A stretch of DNA of 64,000 bases, taken from Thermoanaerobaculia bacterium. Lineage in GTDB: Bacteria > Acidobacteriota > Thermoanaerobaculia > Gp7-AA8. Below are positions 33,000 to 42,925 of this stretch, one piece after another. The stretch is from NCBI GenBank assembly GCA_035576005.1, contig DATLXH010000109.1, positions 33,058 to 97,057 of the forward strand, read 5' to 3'. Position 1 is the first letter of the stretch. Each line of letters begins with the position of its first letter. The notes beneath the pieces were generated by a model. The model saw only the letters and a program-made list of their open reading frames with translations, made no database searches and was not told the origin of the DNA. The position numbers and the translations under genes were made by a program.

Positions 33000-33767
33000 T
33001 TATTGCTCTCTCGCTTTCTTTCTCTGCTGTCGTTGGACCTCATAGCAAACCACTGCCGCGGCCGTGGCGACATTGAATGATTCGATGTGCCCCAGCATTG
33101 GGATCGAGACCTTCGCGTCGCAGTGATCGAGCACGTTGCGACGAATGCCCTTCCCTTCATTCCCCAGGACGATCGCGACCTTACCGCTGAAGTCGGTCTT
33201 GTCGATCGGCTCGCCGCCGCCCGCGCTGCCGTAGACCCAGAAGCCTTCCTTCTGCAGTCGTTCGATGGCTCGGGCGAGGTTCGTGACCTGCGCTACTGGA
33301 ACCCATTCCGAGGCGCCGGCCGACGCCTTGACGGCGACCGCCGTGAGACCGACACTCTCGTGCTCGGGAATGACTACGAGATGCACGCCGAAGCCGTCGG
33401 CAACGCGCAGGATCGCGCCGAAGTTCTGCGGATCCTGAATGCTGTCGAGGATGAGAACAAAGCTGGTCGAGGCGCGCGCGAGGATTCCATCAAAATCTGC
33501 GTAAGCAACGTGGGAAACATCTGCGACGACTCCGTTGTGCACACCTCCCTCTGCCATCCTGTCGAGTTGCTCCGGCGGCATCTGGCGGACCGGGACATCG
33601 AGACGTCGTGCTTCACTGAGAAGTTTCTGAAGCTTCCCCTCCGATGCCGCAGCCGTGCTTCCACCCGCGGGTCGAGACGTCCCTGCTCTCGATACTCCGA
33701 TGAAATGGATACGCGCGGGATCAGCGCGAAGTGCTTCGGTAACAGGGTTGAGTCCGTAAATGATCAT
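33000..33767 (-). CDS. rlmB: SpoU-family RNA 2'-O-methyltransferase (RlmB/TrmH-like)
   Basis: N-terminal L30e-like substrate-binding region, then the SPOUT motifs ...DPQNFGAILRVADGFGV...IVLGNEGKGI...SFNVATAAAVV. Confidence 0.85.
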   Translation of the reverse strand: MIIYGLNPVTEALRADPARIHFIGVSRAGTSRPAGGSTAAASEGKLQKLLSEARRLDVPVRQMPPEQLDRMAEGGVHNGVVADVSHVAYADFDGILARASTSFVLILDSIQDPQNFGAILRVADGFGVHLVVIPEHESVGLTAVAVKASAGASEWVPVAQVTNLARAIERLQKEGFWVYGSAGGGEPIDKTDFSGKVAIVLGNEGKGIRRNVLDHCDAKVSIPMLGHIESFNVATAAAVVCYEVQRQQRKKAREQ

Positions 33768-33797
33768 TGGCGAGGCACTCGCGCGACTGAGTCTGAA

Positions 33798-34832
33798 TCA
33801 CTCTCTGTGAGCATCGACACGGTCCCGCATCGCTCGCGCAATCGTGCGCGGCATCGAGGGCCCCTCATAGATGAAACCGGTGTAGCACTCCACCAGATCT
33901 GCTCCGGCCGCCATCTTGGCTTGAACGTCATCCGCTGAGAATACGCCTCCGACGCCGACCAATGGATATCCAGGACCAACGAGCGTCCGCACATTCCGCA
34001 GAATCGAGGTGGAAAGCTCGAACAACGGCCTTCCCGACAACCCTCCACTCTCGTTCGAGCTCACGCCCTGGCGTTGAATGGTTGTATTCGTTGCGACGAT
34101 CCCATCAGAGAGCTCGAGACAGACCTGAGCAATGTCGTGCAGCTGTTCTGCATCCAGATCAGGCGCGATCTTGACGAGGATCGGATGATTCCCCGGACGG
34201 AGAAAACGGGTTCTCGCTCGCTCGCTCCTCAGCGAGTGCAGCAGCTCGATGAGAGGGCTTCGGTTCTGGAGATCCCTGAGCCCCGGTGTATTCGGAGATG
34301 ACAGGTTCACCACGACGCCGTCACTCACCGGCGCCATAACTTCGTAGCAGTGTCGATAAGCTTCCGTTGCATCCGCGGCGGCGACATCACGATTTTTTCC
34401 AATGTTGACGAACAATGGAGGACCGGGATCCAGCTGCGCCAGTCTTTCAGCGACCTTGTGGGCTCCATCGTTGTTGAAGCCGAGGCGATTGATCAACGCC
34501 GCCTCGTCCGGGTAACGGAACATCCGCGGCCTGGGGTTGCCCGGCTGAGGCAGAAGCGTAACGGTGCCGACTTCGAGAAATCCAAAGCCGATGGCGCGGA
34601 GGAAGGGCACCATCTCTCCATTCTTATCGAACCCTGCCGCCATCCCCAGAGGACTCGCGAATTGCATCCCCCAGAGTTGCCTCGGCGCGAATCCTCCCTT
34701 CTCACCAAGAAGTTTCGAAAGGCCGCGCAATGCCAGCGGTATCGCCTGAATCCTCAGGATCTGTTCGACCGCCAGTTCGTGCGCAGCCTCAGGGTCGCTC
34801 AGAAAGAGCGCACGCCGGACCAGGCTGTACAT
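33798..34832 (-). CDS. pyrD: dihydroorotate dehydrogenase (quinone), class 2
   Basis: Collinear with PyrD: ...GMAAGFDKNGE...NLSSPNTPGLR...IGVGGVFS.... Confidence 0.92.
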   Translation of the reverse strand: MYSLVRRALFLSDPEAAHELAVEQILRIQAIPLALRGLSKLLGEKGGFAPRQLWGMQFASPLGMAAGFDKNGEMVPFLRAIGFGFLEVGTVTLLPQPGNPRPRMFRYPDEAALINRLGFNNDGAHKVAERLAQLDPGPPLFVNIGKNRDVAAADATEAYRHCYEVMAPVSDGVVVNLSSPNTPGLRDLQNRSPLIELLHSLRSERARTRFLRPGNHPILVKIAPDLDAEQLHDIAQVCLELSDGIVATNTTIQRQGVSSNESGGLSGRPLFELSTSILRNVRTLVGPGYPLVGVGGVFSADDVQAKMAAGADLVECYTGFIYEGPSMPRTIARAMRDRVDAHRE

Positions 34833-36364
34833 CAGCGCCTGAGCTCATTGAGGACGCCCTCGATGCGTCGAAGAGCAGGTTCAACCGGAAGGGCCAGTCC
34901 TTCGATCGAGCTTCCCTTTTCCAGTAACGCGAAAATCCTCTGCAGATCGGGGCCGTGGTCAGCCCCGGTCAGCGCGATTCGGATCGGCATGAACAGCTCT
35001 TTGGCCTTGAGGCCGGACGCAGATTTCAGCTGTTCGGTGAGAGCCTTGTACTCCGCGACGCTGGACGGCGCGCCGGTCTCACACAGCTCGCTTACGAGAT
35101 CCTTGAGCAGACTCGTGGTGTCGCGGTTTGCGAGTAGCGTCCTGTTAGCTTCGAGAACTTGCGCGGGGTCGAACTCGAAGAGGAATCGCATCGCATCCAC
35201 GAATTCATCGAGCCGCTGGACTTTCTTTTTCACCGCTTCAATTGCTTCTTCGAACCAGCGTCTTGCATCAGCGGAAACCACAGGGCTGGTTATCCAACCA
35301 GCATTTCGAAAGCGCGCCTCCAGCCCTTCGTAGAGCGCTGAGGCAGCTGTTTGATGAATGTGCTGACCGTTGAGCCATGTCAGCTTGTTCTGATCGAAGA
35401 CGGCAGGAGCAGCATTCACGCGATCGAGCGAGAAGTGTTTTACCGCGTAATCGATCGGAAAGAATTCGCGCTCTTCAGCCGAAGTCCATCCAAGTCTCGA
35501 AAGATAGTTGAACATCGCGCCGGGGAGGAACCCCGATTCTGCATACGCAGCTACCGACGTGGCGCCATGCCTCTTGGAAAGCTTCGAGCGGTCCTCTCCG
35601 AGAATGAGGGAGACGTGAGCAAAGTGCGGCGTCTCCCATCCCATCGCGCGGTAGATCAACACCTGACGATGCGTGTTCGTCAGATGCTCTTCAGCGCGAA
35701 TCACATGCGAGATCGCCATCAGGTGATCGTCGACGACGACTGAAAAATTGTACGTCGGCATCCCATCGGACCGGACCAGGATGAAATCTCCCAGCGTCTC
35801 CTTTTTCCATGTGACCTTGCCGCGAATCAGGTCATCAATGGTCACATCCCCATCCAGCGATTCGCCGCTTTCTTTGGGCACATGAAAACGGATGGCATGA
35901 GCATCGCCACTCTCGATACGCGCGGCTACGTCATCGGCCGCAAGGCGGTAGCAGCGGAGATCGTAGTGCGGCGCGACCCCTTCATGCTCAGTGGCACTCC
36001 TTCTTTCATCAAGCTCTTCTTCCGTGCAGAAGCAGGGATAGGCGTTCCCTGAGGAAACGAGCGCTTTTGCGATCCCGCCATAGGTCTCGCGACGCTCGGA
36101 CTGACGGTAAGGCGCCCAGGGCCCCCCGATGTCCGGACCTTCGTCCCAATCAAGACCGAGCCAGCGAAGATCGCTGAGCACCATCCCCTCGGATTCTCGC
36201 GTGGAGCGCTCCTGATCCGTATCTTCGACACGAAGGATGAAGCTGCCTCCGTGGTGTCGAGCGAAGAGCCAGTTGAAGATTGCGGTTCGCGCCCCGCCAA
36301 CGTGAAGGTGCCCCGTCGGAGATGGAGCGAAGCGCACACGAATGGGATTGTGGTTAGCTGGCAT
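34832..36364 (-). CDS. gltX: glutamyl-tRNA synthetase
   Basis: HIGH motif (PSPTGHLHVGG) and KMSKS-like KLSKRHG. 510 aa collinear with GluRS. Confidence 0.95.
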   Translation of the reverse strand: MPANHNPIRVRFAPSPTGHLHVGGARTAIFNWLFARHHGGSFILRVEDTDQERSTRESEGMVLSDLRWLGLDWDEGPDIGGPWAPYRQSERRETYGGIAKALVSSGNAYPCFCTEEELDERRSATEHEGVAPHYDLRCYRLAADDVAARIESGDAHAIRFHVPKESGESLDGDVTIDDLIRGKVTWKKETLGDFILVRSDGMPTYNFSVVVDDHLMAISHVIRAEEHLTNTHRQVLIYRAMGWETPHFAHVSLILGEDRSKLSKRHGATSVAAYAESGFLPGAMFNYLSRLGWTSAEEREFFPIDYAVKHFSLDRVNAAPAVFDQNKLTWLNGQHIHQTAASALYEGLEARFRNAGWITSPVVSADARRWFEEAIEAVKKKVQRLDEFVDAMRFLFEFDPAQVLEANRTLLANRDTTSLLKDLVSELCETGAPSSVAEYKALTEQLKSASGLKAKELFMPIRIALTGADHGPDLQRIFALLEKGSSIEGLALPVEPALRRIEGVLNELRR

Positions 36365-36399
36365 GACTCACCCTCCCGCGGGCGACGTTTGGTGGGCTC

Positions 36400-36640
36400 A
36401 GAATCTCGTCGCGACCTGCTGCGCGCGACAGATGCGAGCGAGCCGCGAAGCGGCGTTCCCTCTCCCCGGCGGGGAGAGGGAAGCGAGCGAAGCGAAGCAG
36501 GGAGAGGGGCGTGAAAGTCTGGCGATCCATTAGAAAGTCGCAGTCTCCGTATCTCTCGCGGCCCCTCTCCCGGTCGCTGGCGCGACCACCCTCTCCCCGC
36601 CAGGGAGAGGGTTTCGCGCGTCCCTCCGGGTCTGTCGCGC
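36400..36640. repeat. REP-like element, copy C (inverted relative to copy A)
   Basis: Palindromes CCCTCTCCCCGGCGGGGAGAGGG at ~36457-36480 and CCCTCTCCCCGCCAGGGAGAGGG at ~36589-36611 flank a GCGAAGCGAAGCAGGGAGAGGGGCGTGAAAGTC core. It lies in the gltX-ispF spacer. Confidence 0.7.
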
Positions 36641-36655
36641 GTCCCTGGCGATTCC

Positions 36656-37135
36656 TCATGAGTGAAGCTCCAGTGCAACGATCGCGGTCGCTGCAATCCC
36701 CTCTTCGCGACCAATGAATCCGAGATGATCCGTTGTGGTCGCTTTGATATTCACGAGCTCTTTGTGAACATCGAGAAGGTCAGCGACGGACTGACGGATC
36801 GCATCTTTATGCTCTGCCAGACGCGGCGTCTCCGCGAGGATCGTGACGTCGAGATTCGTGATGCTGGCTTTTCTTTCATACACCAGCCGGAGAGCTTCCC
36901 GAACGAACGCGGACGAGTCGGCATCCTTCCACCGCGAGTCATTCGAAGGAAAGTGCTCGCCGATGTCACCCGCCCCAATCGCACCGAGCAGTGCGTCCGT
37001 GATCGCGTGCAAGACCACATCCGCATCCGAGTGACCGGCCAGGCCCGGTGAGGCTGGTATCAGCACGCCACCAAGGACCAGCCGACGCTTCGCATCGAAC
37101 GCGTGAACATCCCATCCCTGCCCGACTCGAATCAT
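36656..37135 (-). CDS. ispF: 2-C-methyl-D-erythritol 2,4-cyclodiphosphate synthase
   Basis: MIRVGQGWDVHAFDA...GHSDADVVLHAITDALLGA... The internal Met matches IspF N-termini. The track ORF begins 4 codons earlier. Confidence 0.9.
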   Translation of the reverse strand: MIRVGQGWDVHAFDAKRRLVLGGVLIPASPGLAGHSDADVVLHAITDALLGAIGAGDIGEHFPSNDSRWKDADSSAFVREALRLVYERKASITNLDVTILAETPRLAEHKDAIRQSVADLLDVHKELVNIKATTTDHLGFIGREEGIAATAIVALELHS

Positions 37136-37824
37136 CGTGATCTCCATAGCTCGTAGTTCGCGTCGGCAACTGACCAGTCTTCGGGTCTGGTGATCTTGAA
37201 GTTCGCCGCGTCTCCTTCGATGATGCGGACAGGATAGCCGTAGTGCACGGCAAGTCCTGCCTCATCCGAGGCCTCGAGGCCGTCGCCGCCTGCCCTGTTC
37301 AAGATGTCGATCAGGATCGAGGCCCTGAAACATTGCGGAGTCTGGGCAGCAACGAGATGATCGCGTTGAGGCGTCTCAACGATCAGGCGATCCTCGACGC
37401 GATGAATGGTGTCGACCACGGGTATCGCGACCAGCGATGCTCCGTGATCCTCGGCGCCCTTCAAAGCTGCGCGCAGGATCGAGCTCTTGAGGAAAGGTCG
37501 AACGGCATCGTGAACCGCGATGACGAGCGTGTCCGTCAATCGAAGGCTGGCTACCGCCAGAGAGACGGACTGCTGGCGAGTCGCGCCTCCGGCGATGGAC
37601 CGCACTTGATCGCTCCAGCCGAGACCATTTACGAGATCATCGAACCAGACGCGGCGATCGGGACTCACCGCGACGACAACCTCGCTGAGGTCCCGCTCGT
37701 CGAGGAAGCTCTCGATCGTATGGGCGATGAGAGGACGCCCCTTGAGGGGAAGGAACTGTTTCGGGAGCTCGCCCCCGAAACGCGATCCGGTGCCGGCGGC
37801 GGGAATGATGAGGGACCAGTTCAT
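37132..37824 (-). CDS. ispD: 2-C-methyl-D-erythritol 4-phosphate cytidylyltransferase
   Basis: MNWSLIIPAAGTGSRFGGELPKQFLPLKGRPL... matches the IspD N-terminal signature. It overlaps the ispF start. Confidence 0.88.
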   Translation of the reverse strand: MNWSLIIPAAGTGSRFGGELPKQFLPLKGRPLIAHTIESFLDERDLSEVVVAVSPDRRVWFDDLVNGLGWSDQVRSIAGGATRQQSVSLAVASLRLTDTLVIAVHDAVRPFLKSSILRAALKGAEDHGASLVAIPVVDTIHRVEDRLIVETPQRDHLVAAQTPQCFRASILIDILNRAGGDGLEASDEAGLAVHYGYPVRIIEGDAANFKITRPEDWSVADANYELWRSR

Positions 37825-37848
37825 TCGGATTGCTGGGCTTAAATTTGT

Positions 37849-37925
37849 GGCCGGACGTCCCAATGTCCGGCGTCGGGAGTGGCCCGGGACAGGTTGAAGG
37901 CGCCGGACATTGGGATGTCCGGCCA
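37849..37925. repeat. GGCCGGAC(G/A)T(C/T)CCAATGTCCGGCG repeat, copy 3 (two inverted units)
   Basis: Units at 37849-37872 and 37900-37925, in the frr-ispD spacer. Confidence 0.7.
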
Positions 37926-37928
37926 GGG

Positions 37929-38486
37929 CTATACGTCCATGATCTCTGTTTCTTTGTGCCTGAGCAGTTCAGCAACCTGGCCGATGAAGCGATCCGTCAA
38001 CTTCTGAGTATCTTCGAGTGCACGCTTTTCATCGTCTTCGGAGATCTCACTTTCCTTGAGCATCCTCTTGATCTTGTCGTTTCCGTCGCGTCGAACCTGG
38101 CGGATCGCGGTTCGGGTTTCCTCCGCGGCCACATGAGCTTTTTTCGCGAGCTCCTTCCGGCGCTCTTCGGTCAACTGAGGTATCGGTATGCGAACCACCT
38201 TACCGTCATTGCTCGGATTCAGACCGAGATCGGCATTCCGGATGGCCTTCTCAATGGCCGGGATCATCGACTTGTCCCACGGTTGCGCCACGAGGAGTGA
38301 GGCCTCCGGTACGGAAATGTTGGCGACGCCGCTGATGGGCGTCGGCGTTCCGTAATAGTCGACCATTACCCCGTCGACAATGGCAGCACTCGCCCGCCCT
38401 GTTCGTAGCGCCCGGAACTCGCCATGCAGCGATTCAATCGCACCATTCATTCTCTTTTCGAGGTCTCGATTGACATCTTTGATCAT
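37929..38486 (-). CDS. frr: ribosome recycling factor
   Basis: 185 aa, [46 protein letters not shown]..., the canonical RRF. Confidence 0.95.
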   Translation of the reverse strand: MIKDVNRDLEKRMNGAIESLHGEFRALRTGRASAAIVDGVMVDYYGTPTPISGVANISVPEASLLVAQPWDKSMIPAIEKAIRNADLGLNPSNDGKVVRIPIPQLTEERRKELAKKAHVAAEETRTAIRQVRRDGNDKIKRMLKESEISEDDEKRALEDTQKLTDRFIGQVAELLRHKETEIMDV

Positions 38487-39232
38487 CGACTTTCTCCGAC
38501 CGGCTCGGGATCATCGCAAACGATCGAGCCGATGTCTTCCCCATTGACGGCCTTGCTGATGTTTCCCGGTTCCTCGAGTGAAAAAATGTAGATCGGAATC
38601 GAGCTGTTTCTGGCCAGATCGATTGCGGTTGCGTCCATGACGTTGAGTCGCTCGGCGAGAACGCGTTGATAGTTCGTTCTTGCGATGCGTTTCGCGGTCG
38701 GATCCTTCTTCGGGTCCGCTGTGTAAATCCCGTCGACCTTCGTCGCCTTGAAGATGATCTCGCACTTGAGCTCACTTGCACGGAGCGCCGCCGCGGAATC
38801 TGTTGTGAAGAACGGATTACCGGTACCGGCCGCGCAGATCACCACACGACCTTTCTCCAGATGTCGAACGACGCGTCGTCTGATGAACGGTTCCGCGACC
38901 TCGGACATCGTGATCGCCGTTGTCACCCTGGTATGGACTCCGCGACGTTCCAGCGCATCCTGCAAGGCCAGAGAGTTGATGACGGTCGCAAGCATGCCCA
39001 TATGATCCCCGGCCACCCGATCGATCCCCTCGGTTGCTGCCGTCACGCCGCGGAAGATGTTGCCGCCGCCGATTACGATGACCAGCTGAACGCCAAGCCT
39101 GCTTACCACGGCCACTTCATCAGCAATGCCTGCAAGAGTTTCCGGGTCGATCCCGAATCTGCGGCCGCCCATGAGTGCCTCGCCGGACAGTTTGAGCAGG
39201 ATTCTCTTGTATTTGAGGGGTTTTTCGGCCAT
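38483..39232 (-). CDS. pyrH: uridylate kinase
   Basis: [20 protein letters not shown]...GGGNIFRG... UMP kinase motifs. 4-nt overlap with frr. Confidence 0.95.
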   Translation of the reverse strand: MAEKPLKYKRILLKLSGEALMGGRRFGIDPETLAGIADEVAVVSRLGVQLVIVIGGGNIFRGVTAATEGIDRVAGDHMGMLATVINSLALQDALERRGVHTRVTTAITMSEVAEPFIRRRVVRHLEKGRVVICAAGTGNPFFTTDSAAALRASELKCEIIFKATKVDGIYTADPKKDPTAKRIARTNYQRVLAERLNVMDATAIDLARNSSIPIYIFSLEEPGNISKAVNGEDIGSIVCDDPEPVGESR

Positions 39233-39493
39233 GTGAAGCCTCCGGAGGGCGAGACCTTATACCACAGCGATTCTGGTCTTCGCGCGAGTGGGGGAAGAGC
39301 AAAGCGCGGGCCTTGATTGGCGCCTGAAGAACTTGCGCAGCCTCCGCCGGTACGAGCGACGCGTCATCCCGAGCTTGGGCCCACACACCCACAACAAGCT
39401 CGGGACGACACGTCCGAACCAGGCACAGCCACGCCGTAAAATAAAAAGGCGAGCCTCGCGGCTCGCCTTTGACTCAATCGATCACTGAAGCGA

Positions 39494-40423
39494 CTACATC
39501 CCTGCCTGCGCCATGACCTCACTCGCGAAATCGCTTTCCTTCTTCTCGATGCCTTCGCCAAGTTTGAACCGGCTGAAACGTTTGACCTTGAAGCCGGTAC
39601 CGGACTTTTTTCCCTGCTGGTCAAGCAGCTGAGTGATCGTCAACTTGTCGTCTTTGATGAAAGGCTGCTCCAGAAGGCAGGCCTCGCCATAGAACTTCTC
39701 CATCTTGCCGTTCACGATCTTCTCGACGACCGCTTCCGGTTTGCCGGACTTGATCGCCTGGTCGCGAGCGATCTCCTTTTCAGTATCGAGATCTTTCTGC
39801 GTCACTTCATCGCGCCCCACGAAACGAGGCTCAGCGGCTGCGATGTGCATTGCAACATCTTTTGCCACCGTCGTCAGCTCGTCGCGACCACCGGCTCCGT
39901 TCGCGCCCAGCTCGATCAGAACGCCGATCTTACCGTTGGCGTGGATGTACGATCCAAACGCTCCATGCTCGTCAGCTTCGTAGCGGACGAACCTGCGCAG
40001 ATTGATGTTCTCTTTCATTGTGGCGATCTTGCTCGCGATCAGCTGCGATACGTCGTGCCCTTCCGGATCGCCCTGCACTTTTTCCTGGAGGAAGCCGTCG
40101 ACATCCTCAGCGCTCGAACCAGCAATCATCTTCGCCAGAGCCTCGACGAGCTTTTTGAACTCGTCGGTTTTCGCGACGAAGTCGGTCTCGCTGTTGACTT
40201 CCAGCAGCACTGCCTTTCGCCCTTCGACAAAAGCGTGAACGATTCCTTCCGACGTCACGCGCCCGGCTTTCTTGCCAGCGGCCGCAAGTCCCTTCTTCCG
40301 AAGAATCTTGATCGACTCTTCCAGGTCACCATTCGCCTCGGTGAGCGCCGACTTGCATTCCATCATTCCTGCGCCGGTCTTGTCGCGCAGTTCCTTCACC
40401 TGAGCTGCTGTGATCTGTGCCAT
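39494..40423 (-). CDS. tsf: elongation factor Ts
   Basis: MAQITAAQVKELRDKTGAGMMECKSALTEANGDLEESIKILRKKG..., a UBA-like N-terminus plus the EF-Ts core. Confidence 0.93.
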   Translation of the reverse strand: MAQITAAQVKELRDKTGAGMMECKSALTEANGDLEESIKILRKKGLAAAGKKAGRVTSEGIVHAFVEGRKAVLLEVNSETDFVAKTDEFKKLVEALAKMIAGSSAEDVDGFLQEKVQGDPEGHDVSQLIASKIATMKENINLRRFVRYEADEHGAFGSYIHANGKIGVLIELGANGAGGRDELTTVAKDVAMHIAAAEPRFVGRDEVTQKDLDTEKEIARDQAIKSGKPEAVVEKIVNGKMEKFYGEACLLEQPFIKDDKLTITQLLDQQGKKSGTGFKVKRFSRFKLGEGIEKKESDFASEVMAQAGM

Positions 40424-40527
40424 TCCTACTCCCTGTTGCCCGAGCGTTTCCTGTCGGGCGGACGCGATGAAAATGAAGAGGGCTCCGGTCGAAACCGGAG
40501 CCCAGGGTTGAAATCGAGTTGGGCTGA

Positions 40528-41301
40528 TTACGTGACGCTCGGGATCGCTTCGGGCTCCGAGACAGCCATGGCAGCTGGCTGAGCGAGCGGAGCTGGCTCC
40601 TCCTGCTTGTCATCTGTCCCGATGTACTTCTCTTCGGCGACACCATAGCCCTCGAGGACTGAATCGGCGATTTTCTGCGTGAACAAACGGATCGCTCGAA
40701 TCGCGTCGTCATTCCCCGGAATCACGTGATCGATTGCTTCGGGATCGCAGTTGGTGTCGACGATTGCGACAACCGGGATCCCGAGCTTCTTCGCTTCCTG
40801 GACAGCGATGTACTCCTTCTTCGGATCGATGACGAAAAGGGCGTCGGGAAGACCGTCCATCTCGCGGATTCCGATCAGGTTCTTCTGGAGCTTGTCTCGC
40901 TCGCGATCGAGCGTCGCACGCTCTTTCTTGGAGAGCTCTTTTTCTTTGTCATTGAGCACGGACTCGAGGTCTTTGAGCCGCTCGATCGACTTTTTGACGG
41001 TGGTGAAATTCGTGAGAGTGCCGCCCAGCCAGCGGTTGTTCACATAGAACATCCCGCAGCGGTTGGCCTCTTCGAGAATGGCATCCTGCGCCTGGCGCTT
41101 GGTGCCGACAAACAGGACCCGCTTCCCGGCTGCGGAGAGATCCGATACAAAGGCGGAAGCTTCCTTGAAGAGCTTGAGCGTTTTCTGCAGGTCAATGATG
41201 TAGATCCCATTGCGCTTGCCGAAGATGTACTTCTTCATCTTCGGATTCCAGCGCTTGGTCTGATGACCGAAGTGGACGCCAGCTTCCAACAGCTCTTTCA
41301 T
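40528..41301 (-). CDS. rpsB: 30S ribosomal protein S2
   Basis: An internal Met gives [41 protein letters not shown]... The track ORF starts 15 codons upstream. Confidence 0.92.
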   Translation of the reverse strand: MKELLEAGVHFGHQTKRWNPKMKKYIFGKRNGIYIIDLQKTLKLFKEASAFVSDLSAAGKRVLFVGTKRQAQDAILEEANRCGMFYVNNRWLGGTLTNFTTVKKSIERLKDLESVLNDKEKELSKKERATLDRERDKLQKNLIGIREMDGLPDALFVIDPKKEYIAVQEAKKLGIPVVAIVDTNCDPEAIDHVIPGNDDAIRAIRLFTQKIADSVLEGYGVAEEKYIGTDDKQEEPAPLAQPAAMAVSEPEAIPSVT

Positions 41302-41335
41302 CGTGATGGATACTGCCAAGTTGATCCTCCTTATG

Positions 41336-41360
41336 TGGCCGGACATTCCAATGTCGGCGG
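41336..41360. repeat. GGCCGGACATTCCAATGTCGGCGG repeat, copy 4
   Basis: Single unit in the rpsB upstream region. Confidence 0.6.
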
Positions 41361-41446
41361 CTTTGGTGATGCTGATGCGTAACGTGAATCGTTGTCCTGC
41401 CAGTTAGCGGACCCATTCCGCTCGGAAACCGTGCGACTGAAGAACG

Positions 41447-41470
41447 AGACAGACAAGAGTGTCTGTCCTA
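41447..41470. repeat. GACAGACAAGAGTGTCTGTCCTACA hairpin-repeat family, copy 1 (single arm)
   Basis: Stem GACAGACA/TGTCTGTC with loop AGAG. Related to the palindromes at 52328 and 63553. Confidence 0.6.
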
Positions 41471-41503
41471 CAAACAAAAGGACAGGAGCTCCCGCCCCTG
41501 TCC
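41471..41503 (-). terminator. rho-independent terminator after rplM-rpsI
   Basis: Minus transcript GGACAGGGGCGGGAGCUCCUGUCC followed by UUUUGUUUGU. It lies ~40 nt after the rpsI stop. Confidence 0.65.
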
Positions 41504-41539
41504 CAATTCAAAATCAGAAAAAAACAACCAGCATCGAGA

Positions 41540-41932
41540 TCAGCGCTTGGAGAACTGGAAACGTGCGCGTGCACCTTTCTGTCCGTACTTTTTGCGCTCT
41601 TTCATGCGGGGATCGCGTGTGAGGAGGCCCGCCTTCTTGAGACGCTTGCGAAGCTCAATGTCGAAAAGATTCAGGGCACGAGAGATTCCGTGACGGATCG
41701 CTCCAGCCTGACCGCTCGGCCCGCCGCCATCGACTGTCACCACGATGTCGAACTTGTCGGTCATCTCGGTGAGGGAAAGTGGCTGCCTGACGATCATCCT
41801 GAGCACTTCGTTCGGGAAGTACTCATCGAACTCGCGATGGTTGACAGTAATGACGCCACTGCCCTGCCGCAGATGCACGCGGGCAGTGGATGTTTTTCTT
41901 CTTCCGGTTCCGTAATATTCGACTAACGCCAA
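41540..41932 (-). CDS. rpsI: 30S ribosomal protein S9
   Basis: ...[12 protein letters not shown]...C-terminal [17 protein letters not shown]. Confidence 0.95.
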   Translation of the reverse strand: MALVEYYGTGRRKTSTARVHLRQGSGVITVNHREFDEYFPNEVLRMIVRQPLSLTEMTDKFDIVVTVDGGGPSGQAGAIRHGISRALNLFDIELRKRLKKAGLLTRDPRMKERKKYGQKGARARFQFSKR

Positions 41933-41947
41933 AATCGCCTCCGTTGG

Positions 41948-42415
41948 TTAACTGCCGCTCTCGGACTTTTCAGACTCGGACCCCTGAACGGTGTCCAGAG
42001 CTTCCGGCCGCTGTGCCTCGTGCGGATGCTGTGCCCCGCGATAAACCTTCAGCTTTTTGAGCATCTTCCGGCCCAGCTTGTTTTTCGGAAGCATTCCCCA
42101 CACAGCCGTCTCGATCATCGTCTCAGGCTTCTCGGCCCGAACGATTTTCGCGGTTTTCGATTTGAGCCCGCCCGGGTAACCGGTGTGGTGACGATAAAGC
42201 TTCTCGTCTTCCTTCCGGCCGGTGAGTACGATCTTCTCGGCATTCACGACGATCACGTGATCGCCAGTGTCGAGAAACGGAGTGTAAGTCGGCTTCGCCT
42301 TGCCGGAAATAATGTTGGCGATTGTGGTCGACATCCTGCCGAGGACTTGCCCCTCGGCGTCGATGACAAACCACTTCGGTTCAATGTCTCCCTCTTTGGG
42401 AAAATACGTGCGCAT
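41948..42415 (-). CDS. rplM: 50S ribosomal protein L13
   Basis: [39 protein letters not shown]..., the canonical L13. Confidence 0.95.
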   Translation of the reverse strand: MRTYFPKEGDIEPKWFVIDAEGQVLGRMSTTIANIISGKAKPTYTPFLDTGDHVIVVNAEKIVLTGRKEDEKLYRHHTGYPGGLKSKTAKIVRAEKPETMIETAVWGMLPKNKLGRKMLKKLKVYRGAQHPHEAQRPEALDTVQGSESEKSESGS

Positions 42416-42700
42416 GACTCTCCCCGCGTGTGCGGACTATAAGATTTGCAAATCTTCGGAGGATCTCGGCGAGCCGTGGAACGACGGGGCTCTCGAAAAC
42501 TAATCAAAAGATGTACAGAACACAAACTACCCCTGTGAAGGGGGAGAAACGGTAACACCACCGAACAGAGGGGGTCAAGAAATTCATTCCCACTCGATTT
42601 TTACAAGTGACCGACCATACGCCAGGACCCTGGTGGGGCAGCCCCTCCCCTCGAGCGGGCTGACAAATGATGATATCATCCTTTTCCGGAGTGTTATCAC

Positions 42701-42925
42701 ATGATCCGCACTCAAATCAGTTTTACGGAAGAAGAGTTCGAGGCTGCGCAGCGTGAAGCCGGCGAGCTCGGCATCTCGCTGGCGGAGTTGTTGCGCCGGG
42801 CGGTGCGTCCCCTGTTGCCTTCCGATCCGACCAAACCCTGGATGCGTTACGCCGGAATGATTGAATCGGGCGACTCCAGATCCAGCCAATCGATCGACAG
42901 CGTCGTTTATGACCGCAAAGATTGA
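42701..42925 (+). CDS. ribbon-helix-helix antitoxin (VapB/CopG-like)
   Basis: MIRTQISFTEEEFEAAQREAGELGISLAELLRRAV. This is an RHH fold pattern. A 12-bp perfect palindrome GATGATATCATC lies ~25 nt upstream. The gene overlaps the downstream PIN gene. Confidence 0.7.
   Translation: MIRTQISFTEEEFEAAQREAGELGISLAELLRRAVRPLLPSDPTKPWMRYAGMIESGDSRSSQSIDSVVYDRKD

Noticed and set aside
34350-35333. 327-aa plus-strand ORF within gltX
   Set aside because: Antisense to glutamyl-tRNA synthetase.
35926-36714. 262-aa minus-strand ORF spanning the gltX 5' end, the REP element and ispF
   Set aside because: It crosses an intergenic repeat and two real genes in the wrong frame. Its G/R/P-rich translation derives from the palindromic repeat.
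38666-41382. Plus-strand ORFs of 216, 245 and 218 aa opposite pyrH, tsf and rpsB
   Set aside because: Antisense to highly conserved housekeeping genes.
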